Below, one piece after another: positions 1 through 10,400 of a DNA stretch of 64,000 nucleotides. The position numbers and the translations under genes are program-made. The stretch is from a bacterium. GTDB taxonomy: Bacteria > UBA8248. The stretch is from positions 2,432,001 to 2,496,000 of the forward strand of contig OZ241875.1 in assembly GCA_965203325.1 (NCBI GenBank), given 5' to 3'. A model generated the notes under the pieces. That model saw only the letters and a program-made list of their open reading frames with translations, made no database searches and was not told where the DNA came from. Position 1 is the first letter of the stretch; every line of letters begins with the position of its first letter.

Positions 1-559
1 CCGAGGCGAGGACGAATTCGCGTTCCTTAAGAGCGAGCACCTCGCCGCGCACGATGCGGGCGGTCTTCATCCAGGAGGTCAGGCCGATGACCGATGCGAT
101 GAGGATGAAGATGCCGGTCTCGGGCCCGAAGGCGGCGCGCAGGGCGTCGCGGAACAGCGCGATGATCACCAGCAGAAGAGGCAGGAGCGGCAGCGCCAGG
201 AAGAGATCGGTCAGCCGCATGAGCGGGCCGTCGAGCCGCCTGAAGTAGCCCGACGCCACGCCGATGACGGCGCCCAGAGAAAGCGCCAGGCCCATGGCGG
301 CGCCCGCCACCGCGAGCGAGACGCGGCCGCCCGCCAACATGCGGGCCAGGGTGTCGCGGCCCAGGCGGTCGGCGCCCAACGGGTGGGCGAAGCTGATCCC
401 CTGGTTGCGCGCGCGGATATCGATGAGGTGCGGGTCGATGTTCCACAGGTGCGGGCCGAACACCACGGCGAGGGCCGCGAGGAGCAGAATCCCCGCCCCT
501 AACACCGCCCCCCGGTGGGTGCGGAACTGCGCCCATGCCCCGCGCCTAGCGCTGGTCAT
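1..559 (-). CDS. Peptide/nickel ABC transporter permease (DppC/OppC-like), runs off the left edge
   Basis: Manual translation MTSARRGAWAQFRTHRGAV...HPLGADRLGRDTLARMLAGGRVSL...WMKTARIVRGEVLALKEREFVLAS. The start overlaps the end of the upstream permease. Not in the ORF track because it is truncated. Confidence 0.9.
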   Translation of the reverse strand, partial: MTSARRGAWAQFRTHRGAVLGAGILLLAALAVVFGPHLWNIDPHLIDIRARNQGISFAHPLGADRLGRDTLARMLAGGRVSLAVAGAAMGLALSLGAVIGVASGYFRRLDGPLMRLTDLFLALPLLPLLLVIIALFRDALRAAFGPETGIFILIASVIGLTSWMKTARIVRGEVLALKEREFVLAS

Positions 560-1559
560 AGCGGATGGTGGGGTCCAGAACCCCGTAGAGGACGTCGGCG
601 ACGAGGTTGAACGCCACGATCAGCCCCGCGAAGATGAAGGTCAGCGTCTGCACGGTCGGGAGATCCCCCCCTTGGATGGCGACGATGAGCAGCTGCCCCA
701 GCCCGTTCACCTTGAATATCTGCTCGGTGATGATCGCGCCGCCGAACACCTGCGGCACGCCGAGCGCGATGATGGTGACGACGGGGATCATCGAGTTGCG
801 CAGGACGTGGACGAAGAGAATCCTTCGTTCGTGAAAACCCTTGCCACGTGCGGTGCGCACGTAGTCCTGGCTCAAGTTCTCGAGCATGGAGGCGCGCATG
901 AAGCGGGCGATCTGCGCCGCGTTGTAGAGGGCGAGCACGAAGACGGGCATCGCCATCTGCCGCGCCTGGACGAGAAAGCTGCTCCAGTCCGTCACGCGGT
1001 GCGTGGTGTCGTAAATGGAGGGGAACCAGCCGAGGCCGACGGAGAACACCACGATCAGCAACACGCCGGTGAAAAACGTCGGCACCGAGAAACCCACGGT
1101 GGAGACGAAGGTGCCGATCTGGTCGAACCAGCTGTATTGCCGGTAGGCGGAGACGATGCCGATGGGTATCGCGATCAGGACGCCGATGACGTAGGAGAGC
1201 CCCACCACCCAAAGGGTCTGCGGCAGGCGCTCGACGATGAGGTCGACGACCGGGGAGCGCGTCTGCCAGCTCAGTACGCGGAGCCTGTCGGAGTCGCCCG
1301 CGTAGCCGAGCAGGGCGTCGAGCACGTTCAAGGGCTCGTTGATGAAAAACTGCTTGCACCACAGCAGGTAGCGGACGTGGATGGGCTGGCCTAATCCTAA
1401 GGATTCGCGGATTTTCTGGCGCACCTCGGGCGGAATCGTGAGGGGGAGGTTCGCCGTGGGGTCGCTGGGGGCGAGGTCCAGGAGCAGGAATATGACGAGG
1501 CTGATGAAGAGAAGTGTGGGAACGGCGAAGAGCAGCCGCCTCAGCGTGTAGGTTCCCAT
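546..1559 (-). CDS. Peptide ABC transporter permease (DppB/OppB-like)
   Basis: N-terminus YTLRRLLFAVPTL, EAA loop DYVRTARGKG, C-terminus ADVLYGVLDPTIRY. Confidence 0.95.
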   Translation of the reverse strand: MGTYTLRRLLFAVPTLLFISLVIFLLLDLAPSDPTANLPLTIPPEVRQKIRESLGLGQPIHVRYLLWCKQFFINEPLNVLDALLGYAGDSDRLRVLSWQTRSPVVDLIVERLPQTLWVVGLSYVIGVLIAIPIGIVSAYRQYSWFDQIGTFVSTVGFSVPTFFTGVLLIVVFSVGLGWFPSIYDTTHRVTDWSSFLVQARQMAMPVFVLALYNAAQIARFMRASMLENLSQDYVRTARGKGFHERRILFVHVLRNSMIPVVTIIALGVPQVFGGAIITEQIFKVNGLGQLLIVAIQGGDLPTVQTLTFIFAGLIVAFNLVADVLYGVLDPTIRYDQR

Positions 1560-1596
1560 CGCCTTAAGCCTCGATGGCCTTAAGCGGCGCGCGGGC

Positions 1597-3294
1597 CTAT
1601 TTGACGCGACGCCAGTCGGCGATGTTCCAAAGCTCCGAATCCCAGGTGTTCAGAATCACGCCGCCCAGCGTTTTGGCGTGGGCCGATACGCGCCCGCGGT
1701 CGACCAGCGGGATGATCGCGTGGGCCTGCACCACCATGTCGTTCATGGCCCTGGCGAGCCGGGCCCGCTCCTTGAGCGCGCCGGCGCGCGCCAATTTGGC
1801 GATGAGCGCGTCGTAGGCGGGGTCGCAGAAGCGCGGCACGTTGTTGCCCTGCCACTGCGTTTCGGGACGCGGAGCCTCCTTGCACGCCCAGTTCGCCATG
1901 TAGGATTCCGGGTCCGTGCCGTCGAAATTGTTGGCGTACATCTGCACGTCGGCCTGGAACTTCTGGAAGGTGTCGCCGCTCGCCGGGTCGCCGCCGAAAA
2001 ACACCGAGGCGCTGATGTTGCGAAGCTCGGTCTCGACCCCGATCTTGGACCACCATTGTTTTATCAGCGCCTGAAAATCCTGGCGTACGGCGTTGGTGGA
2101 GGTCTGGTAGAGGATCGAGAGCTTGACCCCGTTCTTGGTGCGCACGCCGCCCGCCCCTCGCTTCCAGCCCGCCGCATCGAGCAGCTTGTTGGCGCCGGGG
2201 ATGTCTTGCTTGAGACACACGTCGTTGGCCGTGGATTTGTAGATGGCGGGGGCGGGGAGAATGTTGCACGTCGGCCGTCCGGCGGGGCCGTAGCCGATCT
2301 CGACGAGCAGTTTCCTGTCGATCGCCATCGAGAGCGCCTTGCGCACGCTGGGGTCCGAGAGGAAAGGATGGGGATGCCTGGCGGTGGAGCGCTCCTTGCC
2401 GAGTTTGGGGGCCGGGTTCGTCAGGTTCACGACGATGCGCTCGACCAGCGTGCCGAACGAGGAGATGACGACGCCCTTGCCCGCCTTTTTCATGTTCGCG
2501 AGCACGTCGGGGGCGAGTTGCAGGTTCCAGGCGTAGTCGAACTCGCCGGTCTCCAGTACCGAACGCGCCGCCGCCGCCGCGTCGCCGCCGCCCTTGAAGG
2601 TCACCCGCGCGAAGGCCGGCCTGGCCGGGTCGCGGTAGTTGCGGTTGGCGACGAAGGAGATGACGTCGTTCGGGCGGAACTCGGCGACGGCGAAGGGCCC
2701 CGTGCCCACGGGCTTGAAGTTGGCGTCGGTGCAGCGCGGCGCCTTGGCACCCAGGCAGTCGGCGAACTGCGCCGCCTGGATGATAGGGGCCTGCGCGCCG
2801 ACGAACGGCCCGTAGGGAAAGGGTTTCGCGATGCCGAAGGCCACGCGCACTGTGCGCGCGTCCAGAGCCTCGACTGTTTTTACGTCGTTGTATTTCTCGC
2901 TCTGGGAGCACCCCCCCTGGGGATGCGTGCAGTATTTCCAGGTGAAGACGACGTCCCTGGCCGTCATCGGCGTTCCGTCGGCCCACTTGAGGCCGCTTTT
3001 GAGCTTCCAGGTGATGGTGCGCAAATCCTTCGACACGCCGCCGTTTTCCAGCGTGGGGACCCGTTCGGCGAGCCAGGGCGTCATGTTCCCGTTCTGGTCG
3101 TAGCGCGCGAGGGGCTCCAGTACCAGCGATGCGGCCTCTATCTCCTTGGTGCCGCCCGAGAGGTAGGGGTTCATGGTGGAGGGCGCCTGCCAGTAGATGA
3201 TGCGCAGATGCCCGTCGGCCCCGCGCGCGGCATGCGCCGCCTGCGCGGTGAAAAAAGTGATGATGACTATGATGAGTGTGAAGGTGGTTTTCAC
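1597..3294 (-). CDS. Peptide ABC transporter substrate-binding protein (family 5)
   Basis: Signal peptide, LKWADGTPMTARDVVFTW, GTGPF, VRKALSMAIDR; upstream of two permeases. Confidence 0.95.
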   Translation of the reverse strand: MKTTFTLIIVIITFFTAQAAHAARGADGHLRIIYWQAPSTMNPYLSGGTKEIEAASLVLEPLARYDQNGNMTPWLAERVPTLENGGVSKDLRTITWKLKSGLKWADGTPMTARDVVFTWKYCTHPQGGCSQSEKYNDVKTVEALDARTVRVAFGIAKPFPYGPFVGAQAPIIQAAQFADCLGAKAPRCTDANFKPVGTGPFAVAEFRPNDVISFVANRNYRDPARPAFARVTFKGGGDAAAAARSVLETGEFDYAWNLQLAPDVLANMKKAGKGVVISSFGTLVERIVVNLTNPAPKLGKERSTARHPHPFLSDPSVRKALSMAIDRKLLVEIGYGPAGRPTCNILPAPAIYKSTANDVCLKQDIPGANKLLDAAGWKRGAGGVRTKNGVKLSILYQTSTNAVRQDFQALIKQWWSKIGVETELRNISASVFFGGDPASGDTFQKFQADVQMYANNFDGTDPESYMANWACKEAPRPETQWQGNNVPRFCDPAYDALIAKLARAGALKERARLARAMNDMVVQAHAIIPLVDRGRVSAHAKTLGGVILNTWDSELWNIADWRRVK

Positions 3295-3359
3295 GCCTGT
3301 ATCCTCGCGTTTTTGAGAGGGTGAAGGGTTCGCGTCGCGGATGCGCCCGAGCGGGAAAT

Positions 3360-3388
3360 ATCCTAGAAGGCGGGGCGGGGAATTGCAA
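3360..3388 (-). promoter_or_regulatory. Putative sigma70 promoter of the ABC operon
   Basis: TTGCAA-17 nt-TAGGAT on the minus strand, about 65 nt upstream of the SBP start. Confidence 0.5.
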
Positions 3389-3489
3389 TAGAAATCATAA
3401 AAGAATACATTGGAGATCCAACCCTTAAGAAATACAATTTATGTTAGATAGCCGCCTTAGATGATATTCACTTGTAAAAGGAAAATAGA

Positions 3490-4344
3490 ATGACCGTTTG
3501 CGTTGCAATCAAGGTACATGATTGCATTGTCTTCGCGGCGGACAGCGCATCTTCTCTGGTCGCAACTCCCGAGCCCGGTGTGTCCTCGGTCGTGAATATC
3601 TGGAGTCATGGGATCAAGGTTTTTAACCTCCACAAAGAACTTCCGATTGTAGCTATGACTGCCGGTATGGGCCACTTTGGGCCGGCTTCAATCAGTAATT
3701 TAGCGAAAGATTTGCGCATCTCTTTGTCCAGCGCCAAAGCAGGAAACCCGTTGAACAAAGAAAGCTATACCATCGCAGAAGTTGCAAAGAGAGCATGTGA
3801 ATTCTTCGAATCAAAATACAGGGAAATAGTCCCCCCTCCCGCTAATCCCCATCAGTTTGAATTTTGGATTGGTGGTTATGGTTCGGATGTGAATCGAGGC
3901 GAAATATGGAAACTCGTTATTCAAGATGGGGTAGTATTTGAGCCACAACAAGTTGCCATGGCAGAAGATGATGATAAAGTGGTTTGGGGCGGCCAGCCGC
4001 AAGCAATCAATCGCTTGCTGATTGGATTTGACGGAAGCCTGGGAGCGTTGCTTACTGAAAATGGCTTGGCTGAAGGAGAGGCTCAGTCGCTTGTTGATAA
4101 ACTTTTGCAACGGACAGCAACACCACTGGTTCATTCGTCCATGCCTGTACAGGATGCCATTAACCTCGCTGATTTCCTCGTAGATGTAACAAAACGCTAT
4201 TTCGCCTTTCTGCCGGGCGCAGATGTTGTTGGTGGGGATACAGACATCGCAACAGTAACGAAACACGAGGGATTTAAATGGATCAAGCGAAAACATTATT
4301 ACCCGGCAGAGCTTAACCCGAAGGAGACAGATCATGTTGAATAA
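3490..4344 (+). CDS. Proteasome beta-subunit-like Ntn hydrolase (uncharacterised family)
   Basis: After Met removal it begins T1-VCVAIKVHDCIVFAA-D17-S, matching proteasome/HslV/Anbu Thr1 and Asp17 spacing. KVF (Lys33 equivalent), AMTAG and late VGG motifs present. AT-rich relative to the flanks. Confidence 0.75.
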   Translation: MTVCVAIKVHDCIVFAADSASSLVATPEPGVSSVVNIWSHGIKVFNLHKELPIVAMTAGMGHFGPASISNLAKDLRISLSSAKAGNPLNKESYTIAEVAKRACEFFESKYREIVPPPANPHQFEFWIGGYGSDVNRGEIWKLVIQDGVVFEPQQVAMAEDDDKVVWGGQPQAINRLLIGFDGSLGALLTENGLAEGEAQSLVDKLLQRTATPLVHSSMPVQDAINLADFLVDVTKRYFAFLPGADVVGGDTDIATVTKHEGFKWIKRKHYYPAELNPKETDHVE

Positions 4345-4504
4345 AGATAACAAGGACGGTGAATCCAAAACGATAGAAATAGTCAAAACCCCGGATCTCC
4401 CAAAATATGATTATCAAAGACCCGAATATGGTTTTGGTTCGATAGGCGGCAAAGAAAATCAAGAGCCAACCAAAGAGCCAAAAGTTAGAAGCAAAAGTCG
4501 TTGA
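4334..4504 (+). CDS. Small 56-aa hydrophilic protein overlapping the Ntn hydrolase gene
   Basis: AAGGAG RBS 7 nt before ATG; start lies within the last 11 nt of the upstream gene; MLNKDNKDGESKTIEIVKTPDLPKYDYQRPEYGFGSIGGKENQEPTKEPKVRSKSR. Below the ORF-track size cutoff. Confidence 0.6.
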   Translation: MLNKDNKDGESKTIEIVKTPDLPKYDYQRPEYGFGSIGGKENQEPTKEPKVRSKSR

Positions 4505-4577
4505 GAAATGACTTAGAAGAATGTTTGATGCGTCTTTTTGATAATCCAGAGGACATTCATAATGTGAAGAAAGCTAT

Positions 4578-4871
4578 TTGTATAAGTCCGAAATTCCACT
4601 CACCGTTTACCTAGTGCTCTTTCTCGTGGCGGGGTCGACTGGCGTCGCGCGTAGAGCGGGGCTCCCCAAGCGAATCACCGGAATCGACGGCGTGCCTTTG
4701 CTCCTCGTTCCTGCGGGCGAGTTCGTGATGGGTTCCGCGCCGAGCAGCTACATTTTCGGCGACAACAAAACACTACGCCGCCGGAGACGTCGGCTCAGAA
4801 CAATCGCCCATGATCATCGAAAGCGCACGTACGCCGACGCCGCATGGAAAACCGGCATCACGATTCATTAG
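4578..4871 (+). pseudogene. Truncated FGE-sulfatase/SUMF1-domain gene remnant
   Basis: Signal-like N-terminus followed by DGVPLLLVPAGEFVMGS, the typical start of an FGE domain; the sequence then degenerates. Confidence 0.55.
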
Positions 4872-4889
4872 CTTCCCGGCGAGGCCTCT

Positions 4890-5039
4890 TTAACTCAGGG
4901 TGACGAATACCTCGTTGTGGCGTAGTGGAGGAAGCGTCCAGGGCGGGTTGTAACCGGCCATTCACCAAGCGCCGAGGTGCGCCAGATCTTTCGCGTTGAG
5001 CCACGCGGCCAACAGAAATCCGACAAGAGATTTCGGCAT
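4890..5039 (-). pseudogene. SOUL heme-binding protein C-terminal remnant with in-frame stop
   Basis: Translation ...LAAWLNAKDLAHLGAW*MAGYNPPWTLPPLRHNEVFVTLS*. YNPPWT-x(4)-RxNEV is the SOUL family C-terminal signature. Confidence 0.6.
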
Positions 5040-5180
5040 TTGTCCACTCTCCAGAACGCTTCATGCTGAATCATTGCGTATGGCGACAGTACGCGCCGAA
5101 GCATCGTATTCGAGAAGAGAAACCCCGCCCGAGAGTTCGACGAAGGCGTTCTCGACCGGCGGGAAGCCGTTGGATACGGC

Positions 5181-6830
5181 CTAGTCTTCCTTGCTCCTCG
5201 AACCGAGTTCCGCGAGACATGCGCCGACGAGCGCGGCGCTCGTCGTGGCTTCCGCCGTGATGATCCTCGTGGCGCCGGCGGCCCGCAACGCGTTCTCGTC
5301 GATGTCGTAGAGGGCTCGCGCGATGACGGGCGTGTCGGGCGCCGTCCGGCGAATCGCAGCGACGGCAAGCTCGGTGGCCCGGGTGTCGTTGATGGACACC
5401 ACCACGAGACGGGCATGCCGGCAGCCGAGTTCCTCCAGCACTTCCTTCCGGGTGGCGTCTCCGAACACGGCCTTGTCTCCGGCCGCTTTCGCCGTGCGGA
5501 CGTTGTCGACGTTCACGTCGACCGCGATGCAGGCGAACCCCGCGTCCCGCGCGGCCCGGCAAATTTCCCGGCCCGCACGGCCGTATCCGGCGACGATGAC
5601 GTGGTCGCTATGCGGTTCGTGAGCGTCGATTCCGGGAGGCTCCGCATCCAATATCCGGTTCAGCCAGGCGACCCGGCCCGCGCCGAGAGCCAGGTGGGGG
5701 CCGAATGCGATAACCATCGGCGTGAGCAGCATGGACAGGATAATGGCTACCAGCAGATTGTGGGACAGGCCCGCTTCCAGGAGGCCGGTTCCCGAAGCGG
5801 CTTTCAGGAGCACGAACGAGAACTCGCCGATTTGACACAAAGTCGCCGCCGAGAGGATGGCCACGCGAAGCGGCAGACGCAGAACCAATCCCGTTGCGAG
5901 CATGATCGCGAATTTACCGGCGAGGATGAGGCCGAGAAGCCCGAGCGTCGACGCCAGGTGCTCGAACACGTCCGACACGTCCAGCAGCATGCCGACGGAA
6001 ACGAAGAATACGCCCGCGAATACTTCCCGCACGGGGATCAGATCCGACGTCGCCTGGTGGCGGAACTCGCTTCCGGCGACGATCAGGCCCGCCAGGAACG
6101 CCCCGAGGGCCAGCGATATCCCCGCCTGCGAGAGGCCCCATGTGATGCCGAAGCACGCCAGAAAGACGGCCAGAACGAAGAGTTCCCTCTCTTTCGTCTC
6201 GGCTACGAATGAGAGCAGGTACGGGATGACGCGCCCGGCCGCAACCAGAACGCCCGCCAGGATGGCGAGACCGGTCGCGGCCGCGAGCGCGATTTCCCGC
6301 GCCGAACTCTCTTGTCCGGCCAGTACGGGCACCACCAGGAGCATGGGAACCACGCACAAGTCCTGGAAGAGAAGTATGCCGACGGCCAGACGACCGTGCG
6401 GCGCATCCAGTTCGCCCCGCGAGGAAAGGCCTCGCAAAACGACGGCGGTGCTCGATACGGCGACCACGCAGCCCAGAAACACCGCAGAGCCCGTTGCGAG
6501 TCCGAACCAGTTGGCCAGGGCTGCGGCGCATGCGACCGTGGCCGCCACTTGAATGCTCCCGCCCAGAAGGATGACTTTCCAAAGGCGCCGCAGATGTTCG
6601 AGTGAGAGTTCCAGGCCGATTCCGAAGAGAAGGAGGACGATGCCGATTTCGGCCAACACCTCGACCTGATGGGTATCGTCCACGAGACTCAATGCCGTGG
6701 GTCCGGCCAGGGCGCCTGCGAGGATGAATCCGGCGATCGACGGGACCCCCAGGCGGCGCAACAGCGTTGCGACCACGACCGCCGAGCCGAGTACGATGAT
6801 GATATCCCAGAGATACTCGATTTCAGGCAA
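5181..6830 (-). CDS. Kef-type cation:proton antiporter (CPA2) with TrkA-N/KTN domain
   Basis: LAEIGIVLLLFGIGLELS, LLFQDL, ALGAFLAG, HVIVAGYGRAG, FGDAT. Probable TTG start after GGAG. Confidence 0.92.
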   Translation of the reverse strand: MPEIEYLWDIIIVLGSAVVVATLLRRLGVPSIAGFILAGALAGPTALSLVDDTHQVEVLAEIGIVLLLFGIGLELSLEHLRRLWKVILLGGSIQVAATVACAAALANWFGLATGSAVFLGCVVAVSSTAVVLRGLSSRGELDAPHGRLAVGILLFQDLCVVPMLLVVPVLAGQESSAREIALAAATGLAILAGVLVAAGRVIPYLLSFVAETKERELFVLAVFLACFGITWGLSQAGISLALGAFLAGLIVAGSEFRHQATSDLIPVREVFAGVFFVSVGMLLDVSDVFEHLASTLGLLGLILAGKFAIMLATGLVLRLPLRVAILSAATLCQIGEFSFVLLKAASGTGLLEAGLSHNLLVAIILSMLLTPMVIAFGPHLALGAGRVAWLNRILDAEPPGIDAHEPHSDHVIVAGYGRAGREICRAARDAGFACIAVDVNVDNVRTAKAAGDKAVFGDATRKEVLEELGCRHARLVVVSINDTRATELAVAAIRRTAPDTPVIARALYDIDENALRAAGATRIITAEATTSAALVGACLAELGSRSKED

Positions 6831-7084
6831 GCGACTTCGTCTCCACGGCGGGGCGGCGCATTCCGGGGGGCACCTTTCGGCTCCGAGAGCGAATCCGGCC
6901 GGCTGGTGAGCGAACGACGAAAAACAGCTTATCACATCCGTAAACGAACTGCTCCGCGCCGGATGCGGAGGCGATGCGCCGCACGCCGGGAGAGGCTTTT
7001 TGACTCTCTCTTCGGTCGGGTCAAACCTTCGATACAAACGCTTCTTCATTGGGGCTGTTGAAAGAGCTCTGCAATTCCGCGATT

Positions 7085-7444
7085 GCCGTCATTCCGGCGA
7101 ATGCCGGAATCCATTTTTACGCCTTTTGCCTTTCACCCGGATTCCCGCGCATCGGCGGGGAATGAAACGCCGTCGTGTATTCACCCGCACCCACAAATGG
7201 ATTCCGGCATTCGCCGGAATGACGGCTGTAGGGGCGGTTCGCGAACTGTGAGACTACCCCTCATCAGTCGCGTTTGACCTGCGCACCTACTCGGGATGAG
7301 ATTTTGTGGCAGGCTGCGTGGTGGAAAGAGGAACTGCCGGAATGACGAACGAAACCGAACCGCCTCGCAGGGACAGGTCGCGACCTTGTCCCTACAAAAA
7401 ACGTATTTTCTCCCCGTAGGGGCCGTTCTCGAACGGCCCCTACA
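7085..7444. repeat. Cluster of palindromic REP/RPE-like elements
   Basis: GCCGTCATTCCGGCGAATGCCGGAATCCA...TGGATTCCGGCATTCGCCGGAATGACGGC inverted pair (7085-7226), plus GTAG-type palindromes near 7228, 7368 and 7416. Confidence 0.85.
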
Positions 7445-7451
7445 GACTATA

Positions 7452-10400
7452 CTACCAGCGCATCGTCCCGCGAAGGGCCACGCCGTGGACGGGGTCGGCG
7501 TTCACGCGCTCGAGCACGTCGCCCTCCAGGCTCATGCTCAGGCGCTCGCCCATCCTGAAGCGACCGCCCAGGCGGTAGGCCCCGTTTCCGCTATCCGACA
7601 CCGAGAGGCCGGCGTAGGGCGTGAGCAGGCCGCCCCAGGCGTCCAGTCCATAGCCCACCTCCGCGCGCACGCGGGGGTCCAGGTCCTCGATTTCCTCCCG
7701 CGCCAGACGCGAGGCGTCCTTGATACCCCACAGACGCGCCGCGCCGCCCGCCGTCTCGCCCACTTCGGGCCGCACCGTGAGGGCGAGACCGCGGCCTTCC
7801 TTGCCGGGGGCGATGCGGATCATGCCGCCCACGCCCCAGTCGGCCACGTCTTTTTCCTCGTGCGTGACGAGTCCCCGCGCATTCAGCTCGAACGTCAGGC
7901 CCATGGAAGGACTCGTGAAGCGCAGTCTGCCGCCCACCTCCACGCCCAGCCCCTCGTCCACGTCGCCGCCGTCGTGGCGCAGCCCCGCCTCCACCGAAGG
8001 CCGGAACGTCCCGCCGCCTTCCATGGCGACCTTGCGCGAGGCTTCCAGCATCACCCGCAGGCGGCTCGACTCCGCCGAGATGGATTCGAGTCCGTCCTTC
8101 GCGTCCGAGTCCATTTGCGTGAGGAGGACGTCGGACTTCACCGCCAGGTCGAACCCGCCCACCTTCGTGAGCGCGCCGCGAACCCCGAACGCGCCCATGC
8201 GCATCTCGATGTCGGTTTCGTGCTTCTGATCACTCTCATCGAGCGTCATCTCGCCCTGGCCCATGCCCAGGATTCCCCACAAGGAGAGCCGCTCGCTCGC
8301 CTCATAGCGGAGGTAGGGGTGCACGCTCGTGAGCGTCGCCTCAAGCTCGCTCCGGCCCCCGTTCTCGAAGCCGCCGTCGCCGCTGGCGCGCGATAGCGCC
8401 ACGCCCGTGAGGAGCTTGCCCTTCTCGTAGTCCACGCCCAGCATGGCCGTTGTCACGTCGCCTTCGATGGCAGCTTCCCCTCCACCTTCGAAGCTCGTCC
8501 GCGCGCCGCGGCCCCAGATCGACCATCGGCTGCCCGCCGCCTCCGCGGCCTCCTTAGCTGAAGCCAAGTGGAACGAAGCGCCCGAGAGTAGCTGGCTCAT
8601 CGTCATCTCGCGGTAGACCCCCGGGGAATCCTCCTCCCCATTGGCCGGCCGGTTCGTGAGTATCGGGCGCGAGAGGCCGCGGGCGCCGATTCCATCATGC
8701 GCGAGCGAGGCGAACCCGAAGCCCGCGCCTTCTCTCGTCAGGTAGCGCTCCGGATCCGCATCCAGCTTCACCGTCTGGCCGCCCAGCGTCATCTTCGCCC
8801 CGCTCGGAGCGGGCGCGTTCAGGCGGCTCGATATCATCTCCACCGCCCGGCTTCCCACCGCGCGGCCGAAGCGCGCGAGCCAGCCCCTCGTCGCCGCCAC
8901 GCTCCGCTCCGACACCGCGCCCTCTTCCCCGTAGATGCCGGCGCCGAAGATGAGCGGGTATTCGAACGTGGTCCCGTCCGCCAGCGTGCTGCTAAAGACG
9001 TGCTGGCGCGCGTAGGTCACCTTGAGTGTGTTGAAATCGTCGTTCGGGTCATCCGGGTTGTCGAAATAATACTGGACAAAACCGCCGTCCTCGCTGCTTG
9101 TCGCTGTCCGGATGATCTGCGGCAGAATGAGTCGTCCGGTGACTTCGTCTCTCAGGGTGTCCGTGGGCCTCCGGAATTCGAATCTGTCGGGGAACGCGCC
9201 GTGAAAGATCGTGTAGCCGGTGGGTTCCATGATGAAGAGATAGACGGGGCCGTGCCTCCAGGGACCGTTCGGATCCCGCAAGACGCTCTTTACCTGCGTA
9301 AAAGCGGCGCGGCCTTCTGAGCGGAAAGTGCTCAGGACGTAATCCGTCGCCTCCTTAACGAAAGTCTTTAAGGTGTCGCGGTCCACCACCTCGTCGGCCC
9401 TTACTGTCGGGTCGCCAGGGTCGATGGTCTCCGTGTCGAGATGGGGTTCCCCGATATCGAGACCGGCGACGAGGATGAGCGGGCTGCCTCCTTCGCGCCT
9501 GAACCCGACGGCGTAGCCGCCGCCGATTTGCGCCGGTAATGCGCCGCCGTTCGGGTTCCCGAAGGCGCCTGTCGTGCGCAATGCGGCAGCGCCCGTCGCG
9601 GCGGCGATCGCCGCCCAAACGGGACGCTTGAGCGGCCTGCCGCCCAAAGCCGCCTTCGCCGCGTGAAAGAACACCCTTCCCTCGGTATTTATCGTGACGA
9701 GATAGGTGTCGCCGGACTTCCAGGGCCCATCCTGCCTGATGACGCAGGCGTTGTGCGCCAGTTCCGGCCCTCTCTCGACGCTCTCCATGTATCGCTTCGC
9801 CGCCAGGGCGAAATCGCTCAAATCGGCGGAACCCGCCTCCACCTGTTCCGCCGTAATGCTCGGGGTGGCGAGCGGATTCGCCGTGACGCCCGCCGGGAGC
9901 GGGCAGACGTCCTCCGCCACTGCGCTGGAGTCCCCGTAGATGCCAGCGCCGAAGATGAGCGGGTATTCGAACGTGGTTCCGTCCGCCAGCGTGCTGCTAA
10001 AGACGTGCTGGCGCGCGTAGGTCACCTTGAGTGTGTTGAAATCGTCGTTCGGGTCATCCGGGTTGTCGAAATAATACTGGACAAAACCGCCGTCCTCGCT
10101 GCTTGTCGCTGTCCGGATGATCTGCGGCAGAATGAGTCGTCCGGTGACTTCGTCTCTCAGGGTGTCCGTGGGCCTCCGGAATTCGAATCTGTCGGGGAAC
10201 GCGCCGTGAAAGATCGTGTAGCCGGTGGGTTCCATGATGAAGAGATAGACGGGGCCGTGCCTCCAGGGACCGTTCGGATCCCGCAAGACGCTCTTTACCT
10301 GCGTAAAAGCGGCGCGGCCTTCTGAGCGGAAAGTGCTCAGGACGTAATCCGTCGCCTCCTTCACGAAGGTCTTTAAGGTGTCGCGGTCCACCACCTGGTC

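Noticed and set aside
1580..3388. 602-aa minus-strand ORF and 548-aa plus-strand ORF overlapping the SBP
   Set aside because: Alternative-frame and antisense shadows of a clear family-5 SBP in high-GC DNA; no motifs.
3490..4344. Naming the Ntn protein hslV, anbu or prcB
   Set aside because: Length, C-terminal motif and absence of the respective partner genes do not fit any of them.
4962..4964. In-frame TGA in the SOUL-like fragment as selenocysteine or Trp recoding
   Set aside because: The fragment is also 5'-truncated and many intact genes here end in TGA; simple decay is more likely.
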